Positions 1 through 14,305 of a stretch of DNA of 64,000 bases are shown here, one piece after another. Every line of letters starts with the position of its first letter. Position 1 is the stretch's first letter. The notes beneath the pieces are model-generated. The model did no database searches. It worked only from the letters and a program-made list of their open reading frames with translations, and was not told the origin of the DNA. Both the position numbers and the translations under genes were made by a program. The DNA is from Octopus vulgaris. Lineage: Eukaryota. The stretch lies in contig OX597823.1 in the NCBI GenBank assembly GCA_951406725.2, positions 81,654,001 to 81,718,000 of the forward strand, written 5' to 3'.

Positions 1-35
1 CTTGTACAATTACAGCTGTGACTGAAGGGAGTCAT

Positions 36-330
36 TTATGCCTGATTACATTTTCTGTTTTCTAGTCCAAAAAAAGGGAATAACACACTTTCAAAACAAA
101 TTTTCTGTTGTGAGGGCATCAGCTTTGAGTTAATTTTGCACAGCATACCTTCCTCTTTTAATTGCCATATATAGCTGGCTAATGTTGTAATGTTGCACCT
201 CTTTGAAGTTCTAAAAGAGGACCACAAGCTAAATAACCACAGGTCCTAAAAGAGTACTTGTGGTGATTTAGCTTGAGCTTAAAGGGGACCTCTGTCACTC
301 CAATATATTTCTGTGTATACATTTCTTCAT
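36..330 (-). mobile_element. Penelope-like element GIY-YIG endonuclease remnant
   Basis: KYIGVTEVPFKLKLNHHKYSFR followed, after a frameshift, by TTLASYIWQLKE. Confidence 0.65.
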
Positions 331-694
331 TGCCGCTGCTGTTACTGAAGTTACACACACACACACACACACATGCATATACGCACATACTCCAGGAGTA
401 ATCCGAAATCAAAGTTCATCACCAGTCAAATTTGTTGACCCATAGTTGCAATACCCAGTTGAGAATGTATGTTTTTACTGAGTGATGCATAACATAGACA
501 GAAACAATGGATTATATACATTTATTTATTTATTATAGCCTTACAGCTGTTTCAGATATGCATTTGGGTGCATTCATGCTTCAATTTTATCAATCAATGA
601 CTTGATTAGGTTGAACTAATGAAAGCTCTCACGTGCATATCTGAACCAGCTGTAAGCCTATAATGAATAAATTTTTATAACTCATTGTTTCTCT

Positions 695-697
695 CTA

Positions 698-786
<89 letters not shown>

Positions 787-788
787 AC

Positions 789-827
<39 letters not shown>

Positions 828-897
828 TTTATATGTATATATGTATATATGTATACATATATATATATACATATATACACACATACATATATACATG

Positions 898-988
<91 letters not shown>

Positions 989-998
989 TGTGTGTGTA
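695..998. repeat. (TA)/(CA)/(TG) microsatellite; many others across the window
   Basis: Read directly from the sequence. Confidence 0.95.
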
Positions 999-1661
999 TT
1001 TTATTCCCATTCAAAAAGTTTTGAACTAATTATATTAATAGCTTTATTTCATCATTATAATCTAGACATTAACAACTATCCTGAGTATCATGGTAAATTT
1101 TAAAAAGAAATTCATGCAAATTTTCAGTTTTGCCTATTTATTAAATTCTCAGAATATTTCAGATTGATCTTCTTCATCTGTAAATCATAAACTTTCAACA
1201 TTATCAATTCCACAACTGAAATTTCTGCTGAAATAAACTGCTTCCTTTCAATTAATTTCAAAAATAATGAAAAATATAGTAAAATAACTTTGTTGTTATT
1301 TAGAAGGTGTTTGGAACATAAATTAACATGTAATTTAAATAGGAAGTTCAATTTAGATTACCATAAAACAGGAAGTCTGTACTATAAAACCAAAAGTGGT
1401 TTTGAGTACTTTCACATCAACACGGTTAATGAGCCAAAGCAATGCCTGTTGCTCTTTTTTCTCATAGATAGGCGCAGGAGTGGCTGTGTGGTGTGTGGTA
1501 AGTAGATTGCTTACCAACCACATGGTTCCAGGTTCATTCCCACTGTGTGGCACTTTGGGCAAGTGTCTTCTACTATATCCTCAGGCTGACCAAAGCCTTG
1601 TGAATGGATTTGGCTGATGGAAACTGAAAGAAGCCTGTCGTATATATGTATAAATATATAT

Positions 1662-1692
<31 letters not shown>

Positions 1693-2904
1693 CACACACA
1701 CACACATATATATATATGTGCCGGTGGCACATAAAAAGCACCCACTACACTCACGGAGTGGTTGGCGTTAGGAAGGGCATCCAGTTGTAGAAACACTGCC
1801 AGATCAAACTGGAACCTGGTGCAGCCTCCTGGCTTCCCAGACCCCAGTCAAATCGTCCAACCCATGCTAGCATGGAAAACGGACGTTAAACGATGATCAT
1901 GATGATGATGATGGGTGTGTGTATATGTTTGTGTGTCTGTGTTTGTCCCCCCAACATTGCTTGACAGCCAATGGTGTTGTGTTTACATCCCCGTAACTTA
2001 GCGGTTCAGCAAAAGAGACCGATAGAATAAGTACTAGGCTTCCAAAGAATAAGACCTGGGGTCGATTTGCTCGACTAAAGGCGGTGCTCCAGCATGGCTG
2101 CAGTCAAATGACTGAAACAAGTTAAAGAGTAAAAGAGTAAAAGTCTTTCTCTTTGTTTCTGTCTTTCTGTCTGTCTATCTGTCTATCTGTCTCTCCCTCC
2201 CTCTCTCTCTCTGCCTGCAAATTAAATGGAGTAAATATGTCCAAAGAACATGTGAAAACAGGCAAAGTTAGTTGAGATTTTCTTGTATCCATTCTGCAGA
2301 AACAGGCCTTTGGCATAAACTCTCTGTCTATTTGCATAGCAAGCCTAAACATGTGTTTACTTAGCATATCCATATAAACTCAGCATTTCCAAATTATCTA
2401 CTGACATGCTTCCTCAGTGCTTTAGTTACTATGTAACGTCAGCACAGATGTACTGGTATGCAAATATGCAAATATGCAACAGCAATGCCTCTTCTCATTG
2501 TTATCTACATTTTTCGTTGTTATCTTTAAGCTACTTTCTCTCTGCCTATAAATCAATCAAAGTAAACACAACTGATGAGCTTGTAAATACAGACAAGTCT
2601 AATTGTTCAATTAATTCTGTTGAGAGAACACTTTTGGTTTAATCACTCCATCTAATTGCACAGTGAAGCTAACTGCATGTTCGTTAAATATACACATGTA
2701 AATTTGTTTAGAACTAATCCATTGCTGTATTGTTAAGAAGCTTTCTTTGCAACCTTGTTATTTTGGGTTTAGTCCCACTGCATGACTCCTTGGGCAAGTA
2801 TCTTCTACTTCCTCTACTATAACCCTAGGCTGATCAGTGCCTTGTGAGTAAATTTGGCAGCAAACTATGTGGAAGCTTGTCATATATGGAAATGATGAAT
2901 TTTT

Positions 2905-3360
2905 CTTTCAATAAGATGGTGCACTTCCACACTACCACCAAGACACGTGAGCTTACCTTAATGAGAATTTGCAAGGACACTAGGCAGGATGAAGAGGTGT
3001 AGTTGAGTCTCCCCCACATTCTCCTGATCTAACATCTGCAGACTTTTATCTGTGGGGGAGCCAAAATGATGTCATGTATCACAGAAAACCAACTACATTG
3101 GCAGAACTAAGAGAAGGAATTGAAAATGTATGTGCAGCGATCTCACTGGACACTTTAGCCAACGTTGCCCAAGTAGTAGTTTGCCGTACACATAAATACC
3201 TAGAAGCTAATGGCCATCACTTTGAGTGCTTCTTGTAATTGTAGAGTCCAAAGGTAACTTGTATTAATCTCCTGAAATCTGAATAAATTTAGTACTGAAA
3301 TAATTATACACATTTTTCCTTTCATGAAGTTTGTATACAAGTATTTGAGCAGACTCTGTA
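2905..3360 (+). mobile_element. Degenerate Tc1/mariner-superfamily transposase C-terminal remnant
   Basis: QDGALPHY and PPHSPDLTSADFYLWG motifs, interrupted by stops and frameshifts. Confidence 0.6.
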
Positions 3361-5123
3361 TATATATATATGCCAGCATGGAAAATAGATATAAAAGGAT
3401 GATGATATATATATATATATAGATGACAGACTTTCCCATCAAGTGTTCAGTGAAAAACAGAAAAGAAAACCCAACCAAATAGACAACCAACAACATACTC
3501 ACATTACTATCACTACCATTCGCCAATGTTTACAATTCATTCACTTCAACCGATGACTCTTAATGCTAGTCCTCAGGCCACCAAAAGTGATATGGATATT
3601 GCATGACTTATAAAACCAGTAAATGATCTAGCTGAGAAAACACAATGTGGACAATAGTGGTTTGCAAGAAGACTGTTTTGTTCGTGTATTTTCCTATTTT
3701 CCCATAACTGCTCTTAATGAAGCTTCCTTTGAGTTGAGAAATTTTCAAAGCTGGAAAAAGCTCTTTCTCCTCCATTATTGATGTAGCAGAGTGAAAGTAA
3801 TCTATTGATAGTTTGAGACATTTGCGAATGATTAGTAAAGGTTTCCAACTACCATGCTGTTGACATTTTATTGCTGATATCATTAAGTTCCTGGTCAGTT
3901 ATGATCAAACAGATCTATGATCACAGACATTCATGACATGACCACCCAATCTGTTTTCTTTGACATCACATATAATTGACTACAATATCTAGTAAAACAA
4001 GGAATAGGCATTTTATGCCTTAGATTATAGATTGCCAAACCGATGAGAGTAGGCATCAAATAATCTTTAAATGTTACCTCTGATAGAACATGGTACCCTA
4101 TAAAAGAGATTATTTATCTTCTATCTACCTAACATCATGAAATCAAAACTAAGCACAAAATCCTTTTCTTTTTTTTATTCCTTTATGCTTTTCTTGTTCC
4201 AATCATTTGTACAGTGACCATGTTAGGACACTAAAACTCCTCTGTGTTTTAGTCAAATGAATTAGCTCCAGTACTTATCTTTTAAAGCCTGGTACTATTT
4301 AAGGCTTCAGCATTCTATAAGGCATTCAGCAATATATAAGGCCTCCAGTAATATCTAAGGTTTCTGTCAGTCAAATTGATCAAATATCTGCACTTTGAAT
4401 GTTCTTCTCCTGGGCATAGGTAAGACAAGGTTTTCTATGGAAGGCCAGCATTGTCTAAACTGCAAATCTCCCCTCCTCATATCACAGATGTTGTTCAAAA
4501 GAAAGAAAAGACTAATACACTTTGTACCAGTGTTATCATTGGTGACTACAAGAACATAAAGAGTTAGAACAAATGCTACAAGGAATTTTAACCAGTCTAC
4601 TGCAATTCTACCAGTCTCCTGCCCTAGATTGCGACAGTATTTCATAAAAGAAACAGATAACATCAATGAACTTCTATGAGAATTTCATTCAATTTCAGAT
4701 GAAACGCATAGGGTAAAAGCGTTTTTATTATGTTATGTCAGAATATGTAAAAATAATATTTTAAGTGAGAAGCAGGAACTGTCTCATACAACTAATGTTT
4801 TTATTGATTTAAAGGTTTTATAAGGTGCTCACATGACCTTATAAAAATAAAGAATTTATTACTGCTTCCAATAGTAATATATTTTTCTCCTTTAGGGGGA
4901 TTTTTACTTTTTTTTTTTTACCAGAATATTTAACCTTCAAAGGAATCAAAGGGACAGCTCCTGAGCAGGTATATAGCCAAATGCTATTGTCGGAAATAAG
5001 AAAGATACATTGTAAATGTAGATTTTGGTATAAAAAAAAAAAAATAATAATAATAATAATAACAACAACAATAACAATAACAATAACAATAACAATAACA
5101 ATAATAATAATAATAATAATAAC

Positions 5124-5176
<53 letters not shown>

Positions 5177-7633
5177 TGATGATGATAATAATAATAATGA
5201 TAATGTTAAAAACAATGATGATGATGATGATGATGATGGTGATGGTGATGATGATAATGATGGTGGTGATGATGATAATGATGGTGGTGATGACGATGAC
5301 GACTATGGTGATAATAATAATAAATTGGCTTTATACTTGGAATTGCACAAATATTGTGCAAAGTGCTGTTTGTCTGAGGTCCTTCTTGTGACTTGACAGA
5401 AAACACAAATCCTCGGTATACACAATATCTTCAATCTACATTACAATATTGGATACTGTGTGCGTCTACTACAATAATAATAATAATAATAATGATAATA
5501 ATAAGGATAACGATGACAACAACAACAACAACAACAATAACTGTAATAATAATAACGATGATGATGATGATGATGATGATGATGGTGATGATGATAATTA
5601 AATAGTTATGGTTGGACCTTTGATCATAGATTTACTCAATAATAACAGGCCTAGAGCTAAGCAACAACAACCTTAACCCATAAACTGTATATGGGTCTAT
5701 GATATGAACTTTGTGTTTTAAAGAGATCTAAATTAAAAACCTTTCATCTGTCAAAATTTTATATTGATTTATGTCCCAAACAATAGGTTAATGATGACAG
5801 ATAGTTTTCTAAATTCTTTGCTATCTTCAAAATTAATTGAAACGAAGACCATGTATTTCAGTAATAATATAATAAGAAGAGAGTTAAAAGATTAAAAGAA
5901 TATTATGAAAATAAGCTAATTATTTCATAGTTTAACATTTAGTAATTTAATATTTTATCAGCAATTAGGTTTCTACAGAAACAAACCTTGCTTCTAAAGA
6001 GAAAGAACTTTAATATCTGTCACAGTATAGAAACACTTAATCCTTGAGTTCAAGCTAGCAACATTTTATCACTGAAGCTGTTTCATTTACATGTGTTGTT
6101 GTGTATGGTTAAATGGATTATATAAACATTGGTGAAAAGCCACAACTGGTGAAAGAAGCTTAATGTTTTCTACTATAGGTACAAGGCCTGAAATCTTGGG
6201 TGAGATAGTCGATGTTATTGACTATCGATCATCATCATCATCATTATCATCATCGTTTAACATCTGTTTCCGTGCTAGCATGGGTTGGACAATTTTGACT
6301 GAGGGCTGGCGAACCAGATGGCTGTACCAGGCTCCAATCTTGATCTGGCAGAGTTTCTACAGCTGGATGCCCTTCCTAACGCCAACCATTCCGAGAGTGT
6401 AGTGGGCGCTTTTTACATGCCACTGGCATGGGAGCCAGTCAGGTGGTATTGGCAATGACCTCGCTTGAATCTTTTTACACATGCCACTGGCACAGGTGCC
6501 AGTAAGGCGATGCTGGTAACAATCACGCTCAAATGGTGCCCTTTTACATGCCACCAGCACGGAAGCCAGTTAGCCACCCTGGCAACGATCACACTCGGAT
6601 GGTGCTCTCTGGCAACAATCATGCTCGGATGGTGCTCTTGGCACCCTACTAGCACGGGTATAAGTGCCAGAATGTAAAGGTGGTTGAAATGCTGCTAAGC
6701 ATTTTGTCTGACATGGTAACGATTCTGTCAGCTCACCACTTTAAAGAAGCTTAATAATGATTTGAAATTTTGGCACAAGGCCAGTAATTTCAGGAGTGTG
6801 TGTGGGGGGCGGGGGAACTTAGTCAAAAACATCGTCCCCCGTTTTCAACTGGTACTTATATTATCAACCCCCGAGAGGATGAAAGGCAAAGTTGAACTCA
6901 AAACATAAAGATGGATGAAATGCTGCTATCTAAATTGTTTAGTGTGTTGACAATTCTGCCAGCTTGTCACTGTAATCGTTCGTTTTTCAATTATCGTTCA
7001 ATGTCCACTTCCCATGCTAGCATGGGTTGGACGATTTTGACGGAGGGCTGGCGAACCAGATGGCTGCACCAAGCTCCAATCTTGATCTGGCAGAGTTTAA
7101 TGGAACTTAATAATGATAGCAAAGTTAATTCAATAAATTCTTCATTACTTTTTTAATTAATTGAAACAAAAGCCATGTATTACAACGGAAATATCATGAT
7201 AAAAGAGCTAAATGGTGACTGTTCTCTAATTTGTCAACTATTAGTGCATCAGTTGGAGCCAACAAAGTGCAAACCAATGATTTTATCAAAGAAAATTTCT
7301 TCAAACCTTGAACTACATTTCGGGAATTGCAAGCTAAGAGAAAAAAAAAAAAAGAACAAAACCAACTCGATATTCTGAGTGTAACTACAGACAACACACT
7401 GGTTTTCACAGAATATATTTGTACTACATATAATAGAAATTAGAGGACAAACTACTCAATGGAAGGAAGAGCCATCATTTACAAAGTACTAGTGCAAAGC
7501 ATTATGGTACATGTGTCAATCTTGAATGGATGCATTACGTGGTATGATATGGTATAACATACACAACCAACACAACACATGCTATTATTATTATTATTAT
7601 TATTATCATTATTATTATTATTATTATTATCAA

Positions 7634-7679
<46 letters not shown>

Positions 7680-7683
7680 GTTG

Positions 7684-7715
<32 letters not shown>

Positions 7716-7736
7716 GTTGTTGTTGTTGTTATTGTG

Positions 7737-7781
<45 letters not shown>

Positions 7782-7783
<2 letters not shown>

Positions 7784-8057
7784 GAGCGTGATGTGATTGT
7801 AATAGATTGTTTATGGTTTTGAACAATATTTCGACAGCCTGTCTGTTTTTTTCAAGTCCAAAAGTATAAAATGAAGAAAATGTAAATGTGGAAATCCTGC
7901 ATTCTCACTTTGACAGAATGACAATGCAGGATTTCCTCATTTACACTGTTGAATTTCTGTGTTTCTTCATTTTACATTTTAAACTTCCAGAAGACAGGTG
8001 AGCTGTTGAAATAGCATTCAAACCAATAAACATTCCATTACAATCACATCACCCTCT
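7782..8057. repeat. Imperfect 275-bp foldback (MITE-like)
   Basis: AAGAGCGTGATGTGATTGTAAT...ATTACAATCACATCACCCTCTT, with inner arms GGAAATCCTGCATT / AATGCAGGATTTCC. Confidence 0.6.
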
Positions 8058-8094
8058 TCTTGTTGTCAATTTACTTTCATGAAGAATTATTTCA

Positions 8095-8151
8095 ATCATC
8101 ATCATCATCATCATCACCATCACCATCACCACCACCACTACCACCACCACC

Positions 8152-8195
<44 letters not shown>

Positions 8196-8339
8196 CATCA
8201 CCATCACCATCACCATCACTACCACCACCACCACCACCACCATCACCACCACCACCATCATCATCACCACCACCATCACCATCACCATCATCATCACCAC
8301 CATCACCATCACCATCATCATCATCACCATCACCATCAC

Positions 8340-8374
<35 letters not shown>

Positions 8375-8422
8375 CCATCATCATCATCACCATCACCATC
8401 ATCATCATCATCATCATCATCA

Positions 8423-8465
<43 letters not shown>

Positions 8466-8475
8466 CATTATTATT
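8095..8475. repeat. Compound (CAT)/(CAC)/(TAT) microsatellite; similar tracts at 5043-5320, 7583-7782, 11485-12680, 30837-31270, 33150-33510, 34340-34755, 38245-39370, 62010-62245
   Basis: Read directly; these tracts explain the poly-H/I/M/S/D ORFs. Confidence 0.95.
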
Positions 8476-8823
8476 ACCTCTGCCTTATTATTATTTGGAG
8501 GTATTATTTTCAGTTGTGCTTGTTTGTCCATGGACAAGATATCTCAAGAACCACTGGATGGATTCGGATAAAACTTTCAAGGATGTTTGGTCTTGTGTCT
8601 GGTACAAACCGATAAGAATTTGGGATTGATCTAGTACTAGACAAAGGTTCTGGATTATTTTTCCTGTTTTTTTTACTTAATTTTTGAGAGCAGTTGGGTT
8701 CATTTTAGTATTCCCATTTGTGAGAGCATTCGAGTATATTTCAAATATTCTCCTACTCTAGCTAATCGTTGAGAGGACATTGGTGTTGCCTTGGCGGAGG
8801 TTTGCGCTTTCTGAATGCTCTTG
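8471..8823 (+). mobile_element. Helentron/DINE-like non-autonomous element (HINE)
   Basis: Subterminal inverted repeats ACCTCTGCC (8476) / GGCGGAGGT (8793) followed by a short 3' stem-like tail; starts with TTATTACCTC. Confidence 0.5.
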
Positions 8824-8844
8824 CTATCATTATTATTATCATCA

Positions 8845-8877
<33 letters not shown>

Positions 8878-8894
8878 GTAGTATTAGTATTATT

Positions 8895-9299
8895 AATGCC
8901 TTTGCACAGCTTCTAACGCTGGAGATGTACTACAGTGTCAGCTGTTCGCTACCAGTGAACTAAGGTAACACCCCTTATTTTCTGAGCACCTTCTGGAGTA
9001 TATGAGCGGTTCCAAGCAGTGCTATTTTCGGCAAGTGCTCCACCCAAATTACAACCCCTATTTGTTCCACGTACTTCTCAAGATTTTTGCCTACTGTTCC
9101 CAGGGCTCTGACAATTATTGGTACTACTACTACCTTTTTCATCGACCACAACTGCTTAACCTCCCAAGCTAACTTATCATATCTATCTACTTTTCTTTCT
9201 TCCTTATCGCATACTTCGTCGTCAGCTGTGTATGCTATATCTATGATCCAGCATAGTTTGTTTTCTTTCTCAATTAAGACTATGTCCCGCTTCCTATTC
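8895..9299 (-). mobile_element. R4/Dong-type LINE 3' fragment (restriction-like endonuclease) inserted in (TAA)n
   Basis: Minus strand encodes DIVLIEKENKLCWIIDIA...KVDRYDKLAWEVKQLW...VPIIVRALGTV. (TTA)n tracts flank both sides. Confidence 0.75.
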
Positions 9300-9343
<44 letters not shown>

Positions 9344-10160
9344 TTAAGATGGTGAGTTGGCAGAATTGTTAGCGCATCAGACAAAATGCTTTTCATCAGT
9401 CTTTACATTCAAGGTTCAAATGCAACCAAAGTCGACTTTGCCTTTCATCTTTTCAGGTTCAATGAAATAAATACCAGTTATGCACTGGGGTCGATGAAAT
9501 CAATTTAGCCCTGCCCCTGAAATTGCCGGTCTTGTACAAAATTTTAAAGTATTACTAGTATAATTATTATCATTATTAAAGTTGTGAGTTGGTAGAGTTG
9601 TTAGACATATTTTGTTCATCTTTAATTCCAAATGCAGCCAAGGTTGATTTCACGTTCCGTCCATTTCTCTAGCCCTGGGTTGAAACCCATTTTCCAATGC
9701 GGTAGAGAATTTTATTTAATAATAATGGCAAAAAGGGTATACAGTGACGATTCTGTAGAAACCATGCCTAATTCAACAAAAAGAAGGCAAGAAATGGATT
9801 TCCCATGTCATTTTGCATATAAAAATGGCCACAGATCTCTTGTACTTTTTTAAAGTGTTGCATAGTGTTATTTATCTTTCAAATTCCATCTGTGATATTC
9901 AGAGATGTGCTACAGGTTTTATAGACAGGGAGTTATTTCCCTTGCTAGACATTGTCAACGGTTCATGGTAGGAACAAAGAGGATATCAACGGTGGTTTCC
10001 TGGAATACATGGGGAGGAATTTTTGCCATGAGGTTCCTCATGCTGCAGCAGAACTTTGACATTGATATGCAATGTTAATTGTGGTATCCCATCTTCTAGA
10101 AACAGTATTACCCAGATAGCAGTCCAGTTGGTCATTACTTGTTGACATGAATCTTTTCCT

Positions 10161-10463
10161 GTGGAGGCACATGGCCTAGTGGTTAGAGCAGCGGACTCGC
10201 ATCAAGGGATCGTGGGTTTGAATCTCAGACCGGGCAATGTGTGTGTTTATGAATGAAACACCTAAGCTCCAAGTGGCTTCGGCAGAAGGTAATGGCAAAC
10301 TTCTGCTGGCTCTTTTGCCACAACTTTCTCTCACTCTTTCCTCCTATATCTTGCAGCACACCTGTGACGGACAGGCGTCCCATCCAGGTGGGGATCCTAT
10401 ATGCCAAGGAAACCGGGAAACTGGCCCTTATGAGCCAGGCATGGCTCAAAAAGGAACAAACAA
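10161..10463 (+). mobile_element. tRNA-derived SINE family C; related copies at 19421-19650, 52125-52312(-), 54330-54540(-)
   Basis: GGAGGCACATGGCCTAGTGGTTAGAGC box A head, box B-like sequence, and a shared GGCCCTTATGAGCC..GCATGGCTC tail. Confidence 0.7.
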
Positions 10464-11484
10464 AATTTTTTTCCTACCAGCAAAGAAGACATTCCACCAC
10501 TGAGTTTGACTTTACCTTTCATCCTTTTGGAGTCACTAAAAGAAGCATCACTCAAATTCTGGGTCAAAGTAACCAACTTCCTCCTCTTCTCAAAAACAGC
10601 TGTTCCTCTGCCAAAATTGAAAATAGCATTTATGGTCTTATCTACTTACAGTTCTACAGTTAAAAACCAATTATTTCGGCTTCTAATGTTGCATTGTTCT
10701 AGTTGTCTTACTCTTTTCTGTTTTGTCTTTGTAATCCTATAAAGTCTTAGTATTTATTATTGGACAGCATCCACGTGCCATTTCTTGTAATGGCTTTCCT
10801 AATTTTATTTTATGTTCAGGTATGTTATTATGTAATTTAGGTCTTAAACTGTGTGGTCTCCATTATAAACAGAATAGGTATTTCATTAAGGAAAGAAGAA
10901 TTAGTTGCTAGATTGCCCAGGTCAAATAAATACATAGATTTTTGATGTGTGGTTCTAATATTAAATATTCTAAGGAGTCTTTAGAGTGAAATTTGATTGC
11001 TAGACTGAACAGGTCAAGCAAATATACAAAAGAGAACTCCTTTCCCTTACAATGTCTTCATAGCTAGAAGCCGTTTTCATCTGTCTGGACTCTCTTACAC
11101 AAATCACAATGAAAATAGAGAAAAAAAGGAAAAAAAAGAAATAAATTAAAAAAGATGGTAAAGAAAAAATATTGATATGTCTGGTTTCTAAATATTACTT
11201 ATTGATTACATAAAAAAAAATAAAAACATAGAGAAGAAAATAAAGGAGAGAAAAAAAGAACACGACAAAGTTGTTCCATTATCAATAAGTTGCTGAAGAA
11301 CTAAGAAACATTAGAGCCGTGCCAGTTTTTAATATTACCTGGTTGTGTTGGCAGCTTCAGGTTCATATAACAATTACTTTTATTTGTTTTCCTTAGTTAT
11401 TTTTATTCTTATTTTATTTTTTTTACTTTTTACTTTTTACTTTACGTGTTACATTAAAGTAGCTTTGTAACAATTACTGTTTAT

Positions 11485-11556
<72 letters not shown>

Positions 11557-13053
11557 TTGCTGCTGCTGCTGCCTCTGTTGTAGCTACTGTGCCTTTTCCA
11601 CCACTGCCGCTGCTGCCACCACCTCCACGACCACTCTCACCACCACCACCACCACCACCACCACCACCACCACTACTACTACTACTACTACTGCCATCCA
11701 ACTATTGTGGTCCAGTTTAGGTTTTACTGCTGCCAACAGCACTAGCACCTTCTTCATCAGCTACCACCACCACCACCACCACAACCATCACCATCATCAT
11801 TCCTCATCATCATCATCAACAGTAGCAACAGTACCACCACCACCCACCACCACCACCACCACCACCACCATCACCACATCAACCACCACTTCCACCAAAT
11901 TCTGCCTCTCCACTACCAACAACAGTACCACTAGCAGCATCATCGCAACCACCATCATCAATACCATTGCCATTCTCACACTTGAAAGCCATATTTACTA
12001 CAAATGCTAACATCTATCATTATTCTTGCTATAGTATTATGGCACCGCAGATATTGATACCAGACTAATTCCTGTCTCCTTTCTAAACTTCTGCCACTCT
12101 CTTCCCGGCACAGCTATTACCATCATCATTATCATCATCTTCATCATCATCATCATCATCGTCATCATCATCATTATCGTCATCATCATCATTATCGTCA
12201 TCATCATCATTTTCATCAGCGTCGTAGTCATCATCGTCACCACCAACATCACCACCACCACTACCACCACTGTCAACAAAAGCATGCTTCTTCTCATCAT
12301 CATTATCACCATCACCAACACCAACACCACCACCACCACTGTCAACAAAAGCATGCTTCTCCTCCTCCTCCTCATCATCATTATCACCATCACCAACACC
12401 ACCATCATTGTCATTTGCCTCTGCCACCATTACCATGATCACCACCACGACCACCACCACTACCATAACCATCTATCATCACCACTACCATCAGCATTAT
12501 CATCATATTGTCATTGCTATCATCATCAGCATCATCATCATCATCATCATCATCACCACCACATCATTATCATCATCATTACGACCATCAATACCACCAC
12601 TGCTGCCATTGTTGTCATCCTCATTACCATCATCACTGTTGTTCTCCTCTTCCTCTTCACCATCACCATCACCATCACAACCATCTTGTTTTTTAATTGC
12701 AATTCTCATGGTGACACAGAGTTTATCCCAGCTTTCATGATGTTGGGAAGAATGTTGTAGGTAATTGACTTACCTTTCCTTAGAAAGATGCTCCTATTAC
12801 CATAAGTTTTTTTCCTTTGAAAGGCTTAAGCACAGCACTACTGCTGTCTTGCAAGTGTTTGACAATTCCAAAGTACCTCAAATACCTTAGGTGGACATTG
12901 ACACTAAAGCGTTCAAGTAATAATCATTGCTGGTGAGGTACAAGTAAATGGAAAAGGAATGCAACTGTTAAGAAAAACCTTGGATAGAAATAGTAGTCAA
13001 GGGTAGATATACAGACACAGGCATGGCTGTGTGGTAAGAAGCTTGCTTTCAAA

Positions 13054-13470
13054 GGCAGCGAGCTGGCAGAAATGTTAGCACGCTGGGTGAAATGCTTAGC
13101 GGTATTTCATCTGCTGCTACGTTCTGAGTTCAAATTCCGCCGAGGTCGATTTTTGCCTTTCATCCTTTCGGGGTTGATTAAATAAGTACCAGTTACGAAC
13201 TGAGGTCGATATAATCGACTTAATCCGTTTGTCTGTCCTTGTTTGTCCTCTCTGTGTTTAGCCCCTTGTGGGTAGTAAAGAAATTGGTATTTCATCTGTT
13301 GTTACGTTCTGAGTTCAAACTCTGCCGAGGTTGACTTTGCCTTTCATCCTTTTGGGGTCGATAAATTAAGTACCAGTTATGCACTGGGGTCGATGTAATC
13401 AACTTAATCCCTTTGTCTGTCCTTGTTTGTCCCCTCTATGTTTAGATTCTTGTGGGCATTAAAGAAATAA
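13054..13470 (+). mobile_element. SINE family B (Meta-domain-like), partially dimeric copy; others at about 9348-9545, 37283-37470, 51619-51822, 63700-63870
   Basis: GAGCTGGCAGAA head, GAGTTCAAATTC box B and a conserved GCCTTTCATCCTTTCGGGGTCGATAAATTAAGTACCAG central domain. Confidence 0.8.
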
Positions 13471-13618
13471 GAAGCTTGCTTTCAAACCATACGGTTTTGG
13501 GTTCAGTTCCACTGCATCACACCGAGGGCAAATGCCTTTTTCTGTAACCTTAGGCCAACCAAAGCCTTGTGAATGGATTTGGTAAACAGAAACTGAAAAA
13601 TGCTTGTCATATACATAG

Positions 13619-13649
<31 letters not shown>

Positions 13650-14041
13650 CATACATACATACATCATACATACACACACACGCACACACGCACACACACA
13701 CACACAAATGGAAATAATACATACTACCACTACTACAAAAATAACAGCTTCTTCTTTAAGAGCACGTGTGTTTGAAAAGGTTAAATGAAAGTGCTCACAC
13801 ACTAAAAAAAAACTTCTTCCCAAAAACAGTCAGTGACATCCTGATAAAAGATTTCATAAAATGTTTTTTAAAAATAATTTTTTTAAAAATCACCTTTACA
13901 CTTCAAAACTGTATTAAGTAATTCTCACAGACTTTCAAATATATATATATATATAGTTAATAAAAAAAGCATATATCAGAAAGATTCACACTCTAAAAAA
14001 TAGAGCAGTAATTATTACCACAAAAATTTTATATCCTGGAC

Positions 14042-14110
14042 ATGGAGCTATCCAAGGTTTCGCATCCACAAAACAAAGCCTTGTGGATAGTTCGTCTCGT
14101 CAGACTCCAT
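14042..14110 (-). ncRNA. Hammerhead ribozyme-like motif 3' of a Penelope GIY-YIG remnant
   Basis: Minus strand reads ATGGAGT-CTGACGA-G..ATCCACAA/TTGTGGAT..C-GAAAC-CTTG-GATA-GCTCCAT. Stem I is 7 bp; stem III has one mismatch. Confidence 0.6.
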
Positions 14111-14241
14111 ATAAATATAAAATTTAAAATATCTATGTCACAGATGTGAGGAAATGCTCAAAACTTGAGGAATGCATCTTAACAAAAAAAACGTTAATGA
14201 AGATCAGTTATCTTCCATGAATCAGAGGTGGGAAAAACCCT

Positions 14242-14242
<1 letters not shown>

Positions 14243-14305
<63 letters not shown>

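Noticed and set aside
4699-4712. ag-ATGAAACGCATAGG-gt as the first coding exon
   Set aside because: Only 14 nt, and the ATG frame ends in phase 2, incompatible with exon A.
6410-6670. CRISPR-like repeat-spacer appearance of the GGTGC..TTTTACATGCCAC units
   Set aside because: Units are degenerate, belong to a dispersed RTE 3' UTR, and lie in a eukaryotic context with no cas genes.
8049-8629. Long poly-His/Ser/Pro/Met ORFs, and similar ones at 12037-12760, 30762-31419, 33107-33636, 34095-34821
   Set aside because: Translations of trinucleotide microsatellites that are open in several frames on both strands.
9632-9853. 73-aa ORF MAKRVYSDDSVETMP...
   Set aside because: No recognisable homology or usable splice sites; probably decayed TE sequence.
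10161-10235. tRNA gene
   Set aside because: tRNA-like head of a SINE; the cloverleaf is not intact and it continues into the SINE body.
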